Of a stretch of DNA of 58,658 nt, positions 33,996 through 44,009 are shown one piece after another. The DNA comes from Gammaproteobacteria bacterium (GTDB lineage: Bacteria > Pseudomonadota > Gammaproteobacteria > SZUA-229). Within the stretch, counting starts at the first letter, position 1. Each line of letters opens with the position of its first letter. The translations under genes were made by a program, and so were the position numbers. The stretch covers positions 1-58,658 of the forward strand of contig JAPHQX010000041.1 of the NCBI GenBank assembly GCA_026196035.1, read 5' to 3'. Below the pieces are notes generated by a model. The model had not been told where the DNA came from. It made no database searches and saw only the letters and a list, made by a program, of their open reading frames with translations.

Positions 33996-34976
33996 ATGAA
34001 ACGTCTAGATGAGTACTGGTATAATCAGAATCCTGTTGCATGGATTCTCTGGCCTTTGTCTCTGATTTTCTGTCTGATTGTTTCACTGAGAAAGTTTTTC
34101 TATCAAATTAATTTATTCAAAACACCCGCTATATCGGTGCCTGTTATTATCGTAGGTAATATTTCAGTAGGCGGCACAGGAAAAACGCCTTTACTAATTT
34201 CCTTATGTAAGCATTTGCAGGCGCTTGGTTTCAGGCCGGGTATTATCAGCCGTGGTTACGGGGGGCAGGCCGCGTCATGGCCGCAGATTGTAACATCAGA
34301 CAGTCAGCCATTGCTGGTAGGTGATGAACCTGTATTAATATCAAGAAGAACTGACTGTCCCGTTGTGGTGGGGCCTGACAGAGTTAGTGATATTGAACAG
34401 CTTCTCGCCAGGGATAATTGTAATATTATTCTTTCTGATGATGGGCTTCAGCATTACCGACTCGACAGAGATCTCGAAATAGCCGTTATTGATGCCGCAC
34501 GATTGACCGGTAATGGCTTTTGTTTACCCGCTGGACCACTACGTGAGCCTCTACGACGTCTTAAAACAGTTGATATGGTTGTATATAATGGTGGAAATTC
34601 TCAGGCTTTAACATTCAGTTTAGAGCATGATCAGTTATTATCAGTGAGTAATGATAATGAAAGCCTTTTGCTTGAATCGCTTAGAGATAAATCTGTTCAT
34701 GCTATTGCAGGCATAGGTCACCCGGAACGATTTTTTAACTTACTGACATCTTATGGGCTGGATATTATAAAACACCGTTTCCCGGACCATTATAGTTATA
34801 CAATAGAAGATCTGAGTTTTAATGATGAATTACCCATATTAATGACCGAGAAAGATGCGGTAAAATGTAAATCATTTAATATTGCAAATAGCTGGTATCT
34901 ACCTGTTAGCGCGATCTTATCAGAAGCCACAAAAAATAAATTCAATCAGTTAATTAAACAGGTCAAAAATGGATAA
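33996..34976 (+). CDS. lpxK: Tetraacyldisaccharide 4'-kinase
   Basis: [31 protein letters not shown]. Confidence 0.97.
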   Translation: MKRLDEYWYNQNPVAWILWPLSLIFCLIVSLRKFFYQINLFKTPAISVPVIIVGNISVGGTGKTPLLISLCKHLQALGFRPGIISRGYGGQAASWPQIVTSDSQPLLVGDEPVLISRRTDCPVVVGPDRVSDIEQLLARDNCNIILSDDGLQHYRLDRDLEIAVIDAARLTGNGFCLPAGPLREPLRRLKTVDMVVYNGGNSQALTFSLEHDQLLSVSNDNESLLLESLRDKSVHAIAGIGHPERFFNLLTSYGLDIIKHRFPDHYSYTIEDLSFNDELPILMTEKDAVKCKSFNIANSWYLPVSAILSEATKNKFNQLIKQVKNG

Positions 34977-35148
34977 AAAACTATTAGAACTCCTGGTTTG
35001 CCCCAAATGCAACGGCAAACTGGTTTACGATAAAAAAGCCGATGAGCTGATTTGTAACACAGATGCACTGGCTTTTCCTGTTCGCGATGGTATTCCAGTC
35101 ATGCTGGAAGATGAAGCACGCAAAACTGACGTTGATAACCAAGACTAA
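34969..35148 (+). CDS. ycaR: Trm112/YcaR family protein (59 aa, missing from the ORF track)
   Basis: Translated by hand: [18 protein letters not shown]...[18 protein letters not shown]; usual position between lpxK and kdsB. Confidence 0.93.
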   Translation: MDKKLLELLVCPKCNGKLVYDKKADELICNTDALAFPVRDGIPVMLEDEARKTDVDNQD

Positions 35149-35153
35149 TCCAC

Positions 35154-35915
35154 ATGTCACTTGAATTTAAAGTTGTTATTCCTGCACGTTATGCATCAAC
35201 TCGATTCGAGGGAAAGCCTCTGGTCGATATCTGTGGCAAACCCATGCTGCAATACGTTTATGAGTGCGCCATTCAGTCAGGTGCACAACAGGTCATCATA
35301 GCTACAGATGATGATCGTATTCAAAATGCAGCCGAGAACTTTGGAGCAGAGGTGTGTATGACGTCGGCTGAACATACATCAGGAACCGACAGGCTTGCTG
35401 AAGTGAGTTTAAAATATCAATGGGATATAAACGATATAGTGGTTAATCTTCAGGGAGATGAGCCATTAACACCGCCATCAATTTTAAGACAGGTTGCGCT
35501 CAATCTTGCTGATCATTCAAAGGCAGGCATCGCAACCTTATCAACACCTATTCAGTCAGCTGAGGATGTGGTTGATCCTAATATCGTTAAAGTGGTGACC
35601 GATGCAGAAGGCTATGCACTCTATTTTAGTCGTTCTGCAATTCCCTATAATCGAGAATTATCTAATCAGATTACTGATACTGATGCGAGGAATTATAAAC
35701 GTCATCTTGGTATATACGCCTATCGTGTCAGTTTTCTTCATGCCTATACTAATATGCAGGCATGTGCACTCGAAAATACGGAAAAACTTGAGCAATTACG
35801 AGCGCTTTATAGCGGTATTGCAATTCATGTCGATGATGCTGTTGACTTGCCGGGTCCTGGCGTTGATACACCTGATGATCTTATCGCAGTTAAAAATCTG
35901 TTAATGAATAATTAG
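35154..35915 (+). CDS. kdsB: CMP-KDO synthetase
   Basis: IPARYASTR, SGTDR, NLQGDEP, EKLEQLR. Confidence 0.97.
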   Translation: MSLEFKVVIPARYASTRFEGKPLVDICGKPMLQYVYECAIQSGAQQVIIATDDDRIQNAAENFGAEVCMTSAEHTSGTDRLAEVSLKYQWDINDIVVNLQGDEPLTPPSILRQVALNLADHSKAGIATLSTPIQSAEDVVDPNIVKVVTDAEGYALYFSRSAIPYNRELSNQITDTDARNYKRHLGIYAYRVSFLHAYTNMQACALENTEKLEQLRALYSGIAIHVDDAVDLPGPGVDTPDDLIAVKNLLMNN

Positions 35916-35918
35916 ATC

Positions 35919-38060
35919 ATGTCAGAATCCCAACAATTTTTTGTCAGTTGTCCTAAAGGTATCGAAGACCTGCTTGTAACTGAATTGTTATCATTAGGTA
36001 TCAGTGATGCGATGGCTTCTTCTGCAGGTGTTAGTTTTGAAGGCCAGTTAGCAGATGCCTACAAAGTATGTTTGTGGTCACGCCTGGCCAGTCGCGTATT
36101 AATGCCTATTAAAATATTTGATGTTAAGACGGATGATGACTTATACAAACAAATCCAGACTGTTAAATGGTCAGATCATATTGATTTGAATGGTACGCTA
36201 GCAGTTAGCTGTCATTTAAGCCATTCAGATTTAACTAACAGTCATTATGCGGCGTTGAAAGTGAAAGATGCCATTGTTGATCAATTCATGGAGTTATTCG
36301 AACAACGGCCATCAGTTGATCGTGATAATCCCGATGTACGAATTAATTTATATATTCATCGTAATAGCGCAACTCTAAGCATTGATTTAGCGGGTGAATC
36401 CTTACATAAGCGCGGCTATAGACAATTCAGTGTTACTGCGCCGATGAAAGAAAACCTGGCAGCAGCTGTTCTAATGCGTTCTGGATGGCCTAATGAATCG
36501 CTGACACTGGTTGATCTCATGTGTGGCTCAGGTACGTTATTGATCGAAGCAGGCCTGATGGCATTAGAAATTGCTCCTGGTTTAAATCGAGAAAAATTTG
36601 GCTTTGAAAAATTAAAAGGATTTAAACCTGAGGTATGGCAATCGTTAGTTGAAAAGGCTGAGCAGCAAAGTATAAACAATCTGAATACTAAAAGCATGGT
36701 GATAAGAGGTTATGATGAATCAACCTCTGCTGTTAAGGCTGCCAGGCAAAATATACAGGCTGCTGGCCTGGAAAAATATATTCAGGTAGAAAAAAGAAGT
36801 CTTGAAGATTGCGCAGCAAATGATGATCTTTCACCGGGGCTTGTGATTGTTAATCCGCCTTATGGAGAAAGACTCGGTGATGAAAAGGAGCTGGCCTATC
36901 TATATGCGGAACTGGGCGATTGCTGGAAACGATATTTTGGCGAATGGAATGCAGCACTGTTTACCGGCAATATACCACTGGCAAAACATGTTGGCTTAAG
37001 ATCTCATAAAGACAACAGCCTTTATAATGGCGCTATTAAATGTAAACTATTTCAGTATAAATTGCGTCCTGCGAAACCCGAACATCTCTTACAAAAAGAA
37101 GATGAAGCAGATACACAAGCCCGTCAAATGTTTGAAAATCGGCTTAAGAAAAACTTTAAGCATTTGTCAAAATGGGCAAAACGAAGTCATATAGAATGTT
37201 ATCGGGTTTATGATGCAGATTTACCTGAATTCTCTGCGGCTATTGATATCTATCCTGACTGGGTACATGTACAGGAGTATGAAGCTCCGTCTTCTATTGA
37301 TATTCGTAAAGCCAGGCGACGTCTGGAAAATATAATTTCAGTCATCCCCGATGTACTTAAAATCGATAATGACCATATTGCTTTAAAAACACGGCGTCAG
37401 CAAAAAGGCACTAAGCAATATGAAAAACATTCAGATCAGAAGCATTTTCAGATAGTACACGAAAATAACCTTAAGTTTTATGTCAATCTTGAAGATTATC
37501 TGGATACGGGTTTATTTCTTGATCATCGTCTGACACGTGAAATGGTCAGAGATATGTCAAAAAATAAAAATGTACTTAATTTATTTGCTTACACGGGCGC
37601 GGTATCGATTTATGCTGCTGCAGGTGGCGCTCAATCTGTCACCACGGTTGATATGTCTAATACATATCTGGACTGGGCCAAACGTAATTTTTACCTTAAT
37701 GAACTCTCAGGTGAAAATTACAAATTCATCAAGGCTGATTGCATTAAATGGTTAATAGAGCAAAAGCATTCAGAGGAAAAATTTGATCTGATATTTCTTG
37801 ATCCACCGACATTTTCTAATTCAAAAAGTATGGAAAATGCTTTTGATGTACAGAAAGATCATGTATTTCTGATTAATTCAGCCATGAGATTACTAAATAC
37901 CAATGGCCAGCTGTTGTTTTCCAATAATTTCAGAAAATTCAGGCTGGATAAAAAAGCATTAGAACAGTTTCACATTGAAGATATTAGTCAGAAAACTATA
38001 CCTGAAGATTTCAAGCGTAATCAAAAAATACATCATTGTTTCAAAATTACATTTAAGTAA
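35919..38060 (+). CDS. rlmKL: Bifunctional 23S rRNA methyltransferase RlmKL
   Basis: THUMP region, LHKRGYR, NPPYG; second domain DTGLFLDHR, DPPTFSNSK. Confidence 0.96.
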   Translation: MSESQQFFVSCPKGIEDLLVTELLSLGISDAMASSAGVSFEGQLADAYKVCLWSRLASRVLMPIKIFDVKTDDDLYKQIQTVKWSDHIDLNGTLAVSCHLSHSDLTNSHYAALKVKDAIVDQFMELFEQRPSVDRDNPDVRINLYIHRNSATLSIDLAGESLHKRGYRQFSVTAPMKENLAAAVLMRSGWPNESLTLVDLMCGSGTLLIEAGLMALEIAPGLNREKFGFEKLKGFKPEVWQSLVEKAEQQSINNLNTKSMVIRGYDESTSAVKAARQNIQAAGLEKYIQVEKRSLEDCAANDDLSPGLVIVNPPYGERLGDEKELAYLYAELGDCWKRYFGEWNAALFTGNIPLAKHVGLRSHKDNSLYNGAIKCKLFQYKLRPAKPEHLLQKEDEADTQARQMFENRLKKNFKHLSKWAKRSHIECYRVYDADLPEFSAAIDIYPDWVHVQEYEAPSSIDIRKARRRLENIISVIPDVLKIDNDHIALKTRRQQKGTKQYEKHSDQKHFQIVHENNLKFYVNLEDYLDTGLFLDHRLTREMVRDMSKNKNVLNLFAYTGAVSIYAAAGGAQSVTTVDMSNTYLDWAKRNFYLNELSGENYKFIKADCIKWLIEQKHSEEKFDLIFLDPPTFSNSKSMENAFDVQKDHVFLINSAMRLLNTNGQLLFSNNFRKFRLDKKALEQFHIEDISQKTIPEDFKRNQKIHHCFKITFK

Positions 38061-38064
38061 AAAC

Positions 38065-39332
38065 TTACCACCAGACTTCCGTCTGGGCGCCAACTGTCCA
38101 GCCTTTCGAATCATTTCCATATGGCGCATTACCAGGTATATTGCCCACTAAGCCGATAAATTCGTCACTCCAGTCTGCAAGTGTTACAAAGAAACGCATC
38201 ACAGGCCGTGATTTAAAGCCCCTGTCAGCTGATACCTGTAATACAGTTGTTAGTTTTGACAAACTGCCGTTGCGATTATTGATTTCATCATCAACATAAT
38301 CAATACCTGCTTCCAGCGCCAGGTTTAAATGTTTGCTGAAATAGAAAACAGGCCGTATACCAGTGCTGTACCAGTTAATTTTTGAATTAGTCGACTGACC
38401 TCGATCTTCCTGTCGAAGAACTACTGACCATTGATAGGAGAAGTCAGGTAGGGACTCATAGGTGAGGCTGTTATTGATCTCAAGTATACCCGCTTCATCA
38501 AGAATCCAGCCATCACTTTCACGAACAGGTCGGGGATTAAAATCAGCCTGCGTAATGCTTGCGCCAGTTTGATGGATTAATGCCAGGGTGTTTTTAATTT
38601 TTCCTGCTTTGTGATCAATCCAGAAACCCAGTCCTAGTCCTGATTCTTTTTTTACATTTACCAGATCAGGTTGTTCACTACGTAAAGCCAGTTGCCCCCA
38701 TACCGTGAGTGTTGAATGATGGCCCAGTTGCAGGCTATGCCAGCGAACATCCAGGGCGGTATTATTAATTAATTCATTAGAGTCCTTATCTTCATGGCGG
38801 AAAATGGCCATGTTGAGTTTGCCGTCACCGCTACTCAAATCTTCAAAACCTACACCTGCATGTGAATTCTGACCTGTATTTAACCAGTAATGGTTCATGA
38901 TATGAATGGATTTACGGTCATAGTAACGACGACTAACCAGAGTTTTACACCATTATCAAAAAGGTCATTGAAACTCAGGTAACCCTGGGCAAGATTATCT
39001 ACGGTGAAATCAGTGCTATCACCATGATTTTTGAAACCATCCAGCATAATGACGCCCTGAATATTGGCATTTTCTGAATCGGGGTCTTTCATATCGTAAG
39101 AATAAACAAATTTTAATTCCATATTCGTTTCAGGTTCATTTCCCAGGCGATATTTTGCTCGTGCACCAGGGGCCTGAAATTTAGTCTGAGTACTTCCATG
39201 TTCACTCATTCCCAGTCCACCACGAAAATAGCCATGGAATTGAAGACTTTGTTGACCTGTTGTTATTTCCATTGAGTTCACGCTAAACGGTAATAGTAGA
39301 CCGGTTATGATTCTGTAGAATATTTTATTCAT
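38065..39332 (-). pseudogene. LamB/maltoporin-family carbohydrate porin split by a 1-bp frameshift (pseudogene or sequencing error)
   Basis: N-part has FHGYFRGG and YRLGNE; C-part ends GAQTEVWW. Adding one G on the minus strand at about 38933 joins them as [19 protein letters not shown]. Confidence 0.85.
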
Positions 39333-39398
39333 GTACTTCTCAATGTTTATTATTTAAATTGGATATTGATGTTCATATATATATAGTATTTCAGCCAT

Positions 39399-39430
39399 AA
39401 AAAAAGCCACTTTAAATAAGTGGCTTTTTT
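39399..39430 (-). terminator. Rho-independent terminator downstream of rsd (symmetric, could act both ways)
   Basis: AAAAAAGCCACTT-TAAAT-AAGTGGCTTTTTT. Confidence 0.88.
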
Positions 39431-39451
39431 GTTTTAAGAAACGGGGCTATT

Positions 39452-39949
39452 TTACTGGAGAACTTCAGCTGCTTCTGAAGACTTGGCCGTTAAAAGAGTA
39501 TTAATCAGCTGGTCTTCAAGTTCTATACGTGTTGCCAGTTCTTCACCCAGTTTTGATAAATGACTGGTTAATTGTTCAATAGAAATATTACTTAGATCAT
39601 TGCCACTATCGTATTTATCATTGAATTCAACAGCAATCTGGGTTGTTTTTTCAATGCGAGGATAGATGGAGTCGGCCAGTGTAACTATTTCATGACGCCG
39701 TTCAACACCTTCTGAAATCCGTTGATAAAGTTCAAAATGACCAATTGCAATATAATCAATCAATAACTGACAAAATTCCTGAATTTGATCAGGCTGTATT
39801 TCATCAGTGTTAACTGATGTGCCATCACAACCTGCAAGATTACAGTACATGGAGAGAACTTCATTGCGTTCAGCAATTAGCTGTTTTATTTCTCTGCGAG
39901 TTCTTGAACGTCTGTCGTTGGAGGGTTGACGATCTACATAGTCGTTCAT
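39452..39949 (-). CDS. rsd: Rsd/AlgQ anti-sigma70 factor
   Basis: FCQLLIDYIAIGHFELY, LGEELATRIELEDQLI. Confidence 0.9.
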   Translation of the reverse strand: MNDYVDRQPSNDRRSRTRREIKQLIAERNEVLSMYCNLAGCDGTSVNTDEIQPDQIQEFCQLLIDYIAIGHFELYQRISEGVERRHEIVTLADSIYPRIEKTTQIAVEFNDKYDSGNDLSNISIEQLTSHLSKLGEELATRIELEDQLINTLLTAKSSEAAEVLQ

Positions 39950-40244
39950 TAAAAACTACCTTTACATTTTTATTTGATTTCAGCTCAAACCTTATTATGG
40001 ATACTTCAAAATAAGGCCTTAATTTTTTTATGAAATATAAATTGCCTTAATTAGCAAAATAAATCAAGAAAAACCGACATAATCCTATCTCTAAGCGCTA
40101 ATAAAGAATATATCAAATTATCTTCTGAACAATTCCAGAATATTAACCCACACACTAAGTAGTTGATATTATAGTTATTATTGGCATATTATTGATGGTG
40201 ATTAGTTAAATTAATGATGATTCAATTTTTTTTGCATTTATACT

Positions 40245-40874
40245 ATGAAAAACATAAACATGCCGACAGCTGACATGGCTTTACCTGGAAGTGACCATGA
40301 AGTCACTATATCAGATAAGCATTTTGTGAATGGTCATTCAATTAAAAATCATATTCCAGAGCATATGCAAAAAGCCTTATTTGGCATGGGATGCTTCTGG
40401 GGAGCTGAGCGCCTCTTCTGGTTAGAGGAGAGGGTTTATGCCACTGCCGTCGGTTATACTGGAGGTTTCACCCCTAATCCCAGTTATCAGGAAGTCTGCA
40501 CTGGTTTGACAGGACATAATGAGGTCGTCCTGGTGATTTATGACCCGAATCAGATGAGTTATCAATATCTGCTTAAAATCTTCTGGGAAGCACATAATCC
40601 CACGCAGGGTATGCGCCAGGGTAATGATGTTGGTACTCAATACCGATCTGGAATATATACCTACACTGATGAACAATTATCTCAGGCTAGGGCATCAGAA
40701 AAGCAGTATCAACAGGCACTAACAGAAAAGGGCATAGGTAAAATTACGACTGAAATCATGCCTGCAACAGAGTTTTATTATGCTGAAGATTATCATCAGC
40801 AATATCTAGCTAAAAATCCTCAGGGCTATTGCGGGCTAGTAGGTACTGGAGCCAGCTTAGGCAGTCAGCAATAA
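40245..40874 (+). CDS. msrA: Peptide methionine sulfoxide reductase A
   Basis: [28 protein letters not shown]. Confidence 0.97.
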   Translation: MKNINMPTADMALPGSDHEVTISDKHFVNGHSIKNHIPEHMQKALFGMGCFWGAERLFWLEERVYATAVGYTGGFTPNPSYQEVCTGLTGHNEVVLVIYDPNQMSYQYLLKIFWEAHNPTQGMRQGNDVGTQYRSGIYTYTDEQLSQARASEKQYQQALTEKGIGKITTEIMPATEFYYAEDYHQQYLAKNPQGYCGLVGTGASLGSQQ

Positions 40875-40885
40875 CATTCTAAATT

Positions 40886-43309
40886 ATGAAAAAATCAATC
40901 CAGAAACTCGAGTACGAACTGGCCAATGCAAAAGCACGTATTGCTGAGCTTGAAGCAGTTCCAAATGTAACAGCAGAAGATTTGATATTTCACAGTCAAA
41001 TTTTACAAAACATGTCTGAAGGTGTGTACCTGGTTAGTGCTCTAGATTCTACCATTGTGTATAGTAACTCTGTATTTAATAAAATGTTTGGTTATCAGTC
41101 AGGTGAGCTTATTGGTAAACATGTGAGTATTGTCAATGCACCAGATATTGAACCCGAAAAAATAGTCAAACAAATTGAAGCTGATATTCAAAATACAGGT
41201 CAATGGCAAGGTGAAACAAAGAACATAAAAAAAGATGGAAGGATTTTCTGGTGTTATGCAAAAGTTATTGCATACGAGAGTCCACAGTTTGGCTCAGTTT
41301 ATATATCAGTGCATCAGGATATTACTGAACAAAAACTGATTGAAAATGAGCTTGCCAATCAAAAAGAATTTGACAGCCGACTTATTGAAACCGCGCAAGT
41401 TATCATACTTGTTCTGGATACAGGTGGCCGTATTGTAAGCTTCAATCCTTATATGGAAAATCTGACCGGTTATACACAAGATGAAGTAACAGGAAAGGAC
41501 TGGTTCTCGACTTTTTTACCAGGCAGAGACCAGCATGCTATCAGGGAATTGTTTATAGAATCTATTCACGATATAAAAATATCTGGAAATATTAATCCGA
41601 TTCTGGCAAAAGATGGTCACGAAATCTGTATTGAATGGTATAACTCAACAATAAAGGACCAGTCTGGTAACACACTAGGTGTTCTTGCTATTGGTCATGA
41701 TATTTCCGAAAAAAGAAAGACCCAGAAAGAGCTTCAGGCAACCTATCAAAGGCTTGACGAAATTCAGATGGCTATGAATCTTGTCGGTATCGCCATTCAC
41801 ATAGTTGATCCTCTTGATGGACATTTTATCTATATAAATAATGCTGCCTGCAAAATGCTTGGCTATTCCCGTGAGGAAATGTTATCTATGGGTGTGCCTG
41901 ATATTGACATGAATTTTTCAGCAGATGATTTTCGGGAAATATCTAAAAATTTGCGTGATAACCGTGGAAAACTTGAGACTACTCAGACAAAAAAGGATGG
42001 GACTATTATTCCGGTTGAGGTTACATTTTATTATGTTGACGGTATTAATATGCAACCTGGGCATTTTATTTCATTTATAGTTGATCTTACAGAGCGTAAA
42101 AAAGCAGATGCCGAGCATGAACAGTTGCAAAAACAACTGTTGCAAGCACAGAAAATGGAGGCTATAGGTCATCTAACAGGAGGTGTAGCGCATGATTTTA
42201 ATAACATGCTTGCTGCAATTCTGGGTTATACAGGACTAATAGAAAAACATCTTACTATTAGTCACCTTGAAGATGAAAAATTAAATGAATATCTTGTTCA
42301 AATCTCCAAGGCATCCTCCAGAGCGAGAGAGCTTGTTTCTCAGATGCTCGTCTTTAGTCGCAAACCATCAGATGATGTAGTTGATGAAATATCAATCATT
42401 CAGGTAAAGCCCTTAGTAGAAGAAGTTGTTGGTTTATTGGCCTCAACAATTCCTACCACTATTGAAATTAACTCAAATAATATTAGCGATAACTTGCATA
42501 TTAAAATTAATCCCGTCCAGTTTCATCAGGTGATTTTAAATTTATGTATAAATGCCCGTGACAGCATAGATAATTATGGTCAGATTACTATTAATGTAAA
42601 GAAGCATTCTTTAACGGATATTTGTGCATCATGTCATAGATCATTTAGTGGAGAGTATGTGGAATTGTTAGTATCAGATACAGGGACGGGTATGAATGAT
42701 CAGCAATTACAAAGAATATTTGAACCTTTTTATACTACAAAAAATGTCGGCCAGGGATCGGGTATGGGCTTATCCGTAGTGCATGGTATTATTCATGCAG
42801 CAAATGGCCATATATTAATTTCAAGCCAGATAAATAAAGGTACATCGATATCTGTTTTTCTGCCACTGGTTCCTGAAGGTGAAATTCCTGAAACCATTGA
42901 TAAACCTGATTTGGATATAGATAATCAATTACAGGATCTGCGAATCATGATTGTTGATGATGAAAAGCAGATTGCTTCAATGATGGCTGAAATATTTGCA
43001 ATGCACGGTGCGGAAACTTTTGAATACAGCCGATCTAAACAGGCGCTGTCTGCTTTTGAGAAGAATCCACAAATTTACGATTTAGTGTTGACCGATGAAA
43101 CAATGCCGGAATTAACAGGTCTTGATATGTCAAAGGCCATGCTCGCAATACGCCCTGATTTACCTATCATTATCAGTACCGGTTACAGTGAGCATGTGAA
43201 CAGTAAAATCGCACATGATGAAGGTATCGCTGGTTTTATAATGAAACCGGTTAATATAGAAGAGTTAATTAAGTTAATTATCGAGCTGACATCAAACCCT
43301 GATGTTTAA
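40886..43309 (+). CDS. Cytoplasmic hybrid sensor histidine kinase (3 PAS, HisKA, HATPase, receiver)
   Basis: Three PAS/PAC repeats, GGVAHDFNN H-box, NARD, DTGTG, FEPFYTTK, GMGL, receiver IVDDE/LTDETMP/MKP; no TM segment seen. Confidence 0.93.
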   Translation: MKKSIQKLEYELANAKARIAELEAVPNVTAEDLIFHSQILQNMSEGVYLVSALDSTIVYSNSVFNKMFGYQSGELIGKHVSIVNAPDIEPEKIVKQIEADIQNTGQWQGETKNIKKDGRIFWCYAKVIAYESPQFGSVYISVHQDITEQKLIENELANQKEFDSRLIETAQVIILVLDTGGRIVSFNPYMENLTGYTQDEVTGKDWFSTFLPGRDQHAIRELFIESIHDIKISGNINPILAKDGHEICIEWYNSTIKDQSGNTLGVLAIGHDISEKRKTQKELQATYQRLDEIQMAMNLVGIAIHIVDPLDGHFIYINNAACKMLGYSREEMLSMGVPDIDMNFSADDFREISKNLRDNRGKLETTQTKKDGTIIPVEVTFYYVDGINMQPGHFISFIVDLTERKKADAEHEQLQKQLLQAQKMEAIGHLTGGVAHDFNNMLAAILGYTGLIEKHLTISHLEDEKLNEYLVQISKASSRARELVSQMLVFSRKPSDDVVDEISIIQVKPLVEEVVGLLASTIPTTIEINSNNISDNLHIKINPVQFHQVILNLCINARDSIDNYGQITINVKKHSLTDICASCHRSFSGEYVELLVSDTGTGMNDQQLQRIFEPFYTTKNVGQGSGMGLSVVHGIIHAANGHILISSQINKGTSISVFLPLVPEGEIPETIDKPDLDIDNQLQDLRIMIVDDEKQIASMMAEIFAMHGAETFEYSRSKQALSAFEKNPQIYDLVLTDETMPELTGLDMSKAMLAIRPDLPIIISTGYSEHVNSKIAHDEGIAGFIMKPVNIEELIKLIIELTSNPDV

Positions 43310-43454
43310 TGAAATTTTCAATTTCATTGTATCCATCGCACCAATAATATTATTGCCTGTTGCCTTTATTTCTTCAGTGAAATCATGCTCAAATTTGCTC
43401 CGGGCAAATTTGTCGAACTCTATGGGAACTCTCATCTACCAAACCACGACAAAT

Positions 43455-43490
43455 AAAAAAGGCCACCTGAAATCAGGTGGCCTTTGTTTT
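43455..43490 (-). terminator. Rho-independent terminator of ssrA (probably bidirectional)
   Basis: AAAGGCCACCTGA-AA-TCAGGTGGCCTTT with A and T runs, directly 3' of the tmRNA. Confidence 0.9.
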
Positions 43491-43856
43491 TGGTGGAGGC
43501 GGGGAGAATCGAACTCCCGTCCGCAAGTACTCTGCCTTTGGCTCTACATGTTTAGATTTGGCTATTTAATTTAGTTTTCCAAACTCCAGCCATTCAGGAT
43601 TTTGGTCAACGATCCTTTAGGGTTTTAACACGCGGGTTCAAGGCAGACCTTTGTGCGAGCCTGTATAAGTCGACCCCTGAAATCTGAAACCTACAAGCGA
43701 GTATCAGTCAGAGGGCTTTAAAACTGGTTATTAAGCAGCTAAAGCGTAGTTGTCGTCGTTGGCAACTAAATAGTTTGCAGCTGTATTTACGAGGTAATCT
43801 GCTCCTCGACATGCACCAGAAGGTTTCGCTACCCACGTCGAAGCCACGTCGCCCCC
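43491..43856 (-). ncRNA. ssrA: tmRNA; tag peptide ANDDNYALAA (43731-43763)
   Basis: 5' GGGGGCG pairs with 3' CGCCTCC-ACCA including the G3-U pair; T-arm GGGAGTTCGATTCTCCC; tag ORF is followed by TAATAA. Confidence 0.97.
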
Positions 43857-44009
43857 AATTCGTGGTAATTGGCAATAGATTAAGCATCATTGGCCAATAT
43901 CGAAAGATTCTACACTTATAAAGACATGTTTGGTAGCCGAAGGTTCCGCATTGCTTTAAAATTGCGTTTTTTTAGAAATACCTAATTTGTTGCTACCCTG
44001 AGGCTAGAA

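Noticed and set aside
40156-40197. IHF-like site plus TGGCAT upstream of msrA as a sigma54 promoter
   Set aside because: The IHF-like match is present, but there is no GC at the required distance from the GG.
43302-43890. ORFs 43302-43574 (+) and 43708-43890 (-)
   Set aside because: They overlap the tmRNA and its terminator; WWRRGESNSRP is the usual antisense read-through of a tRNA-like 3' end.
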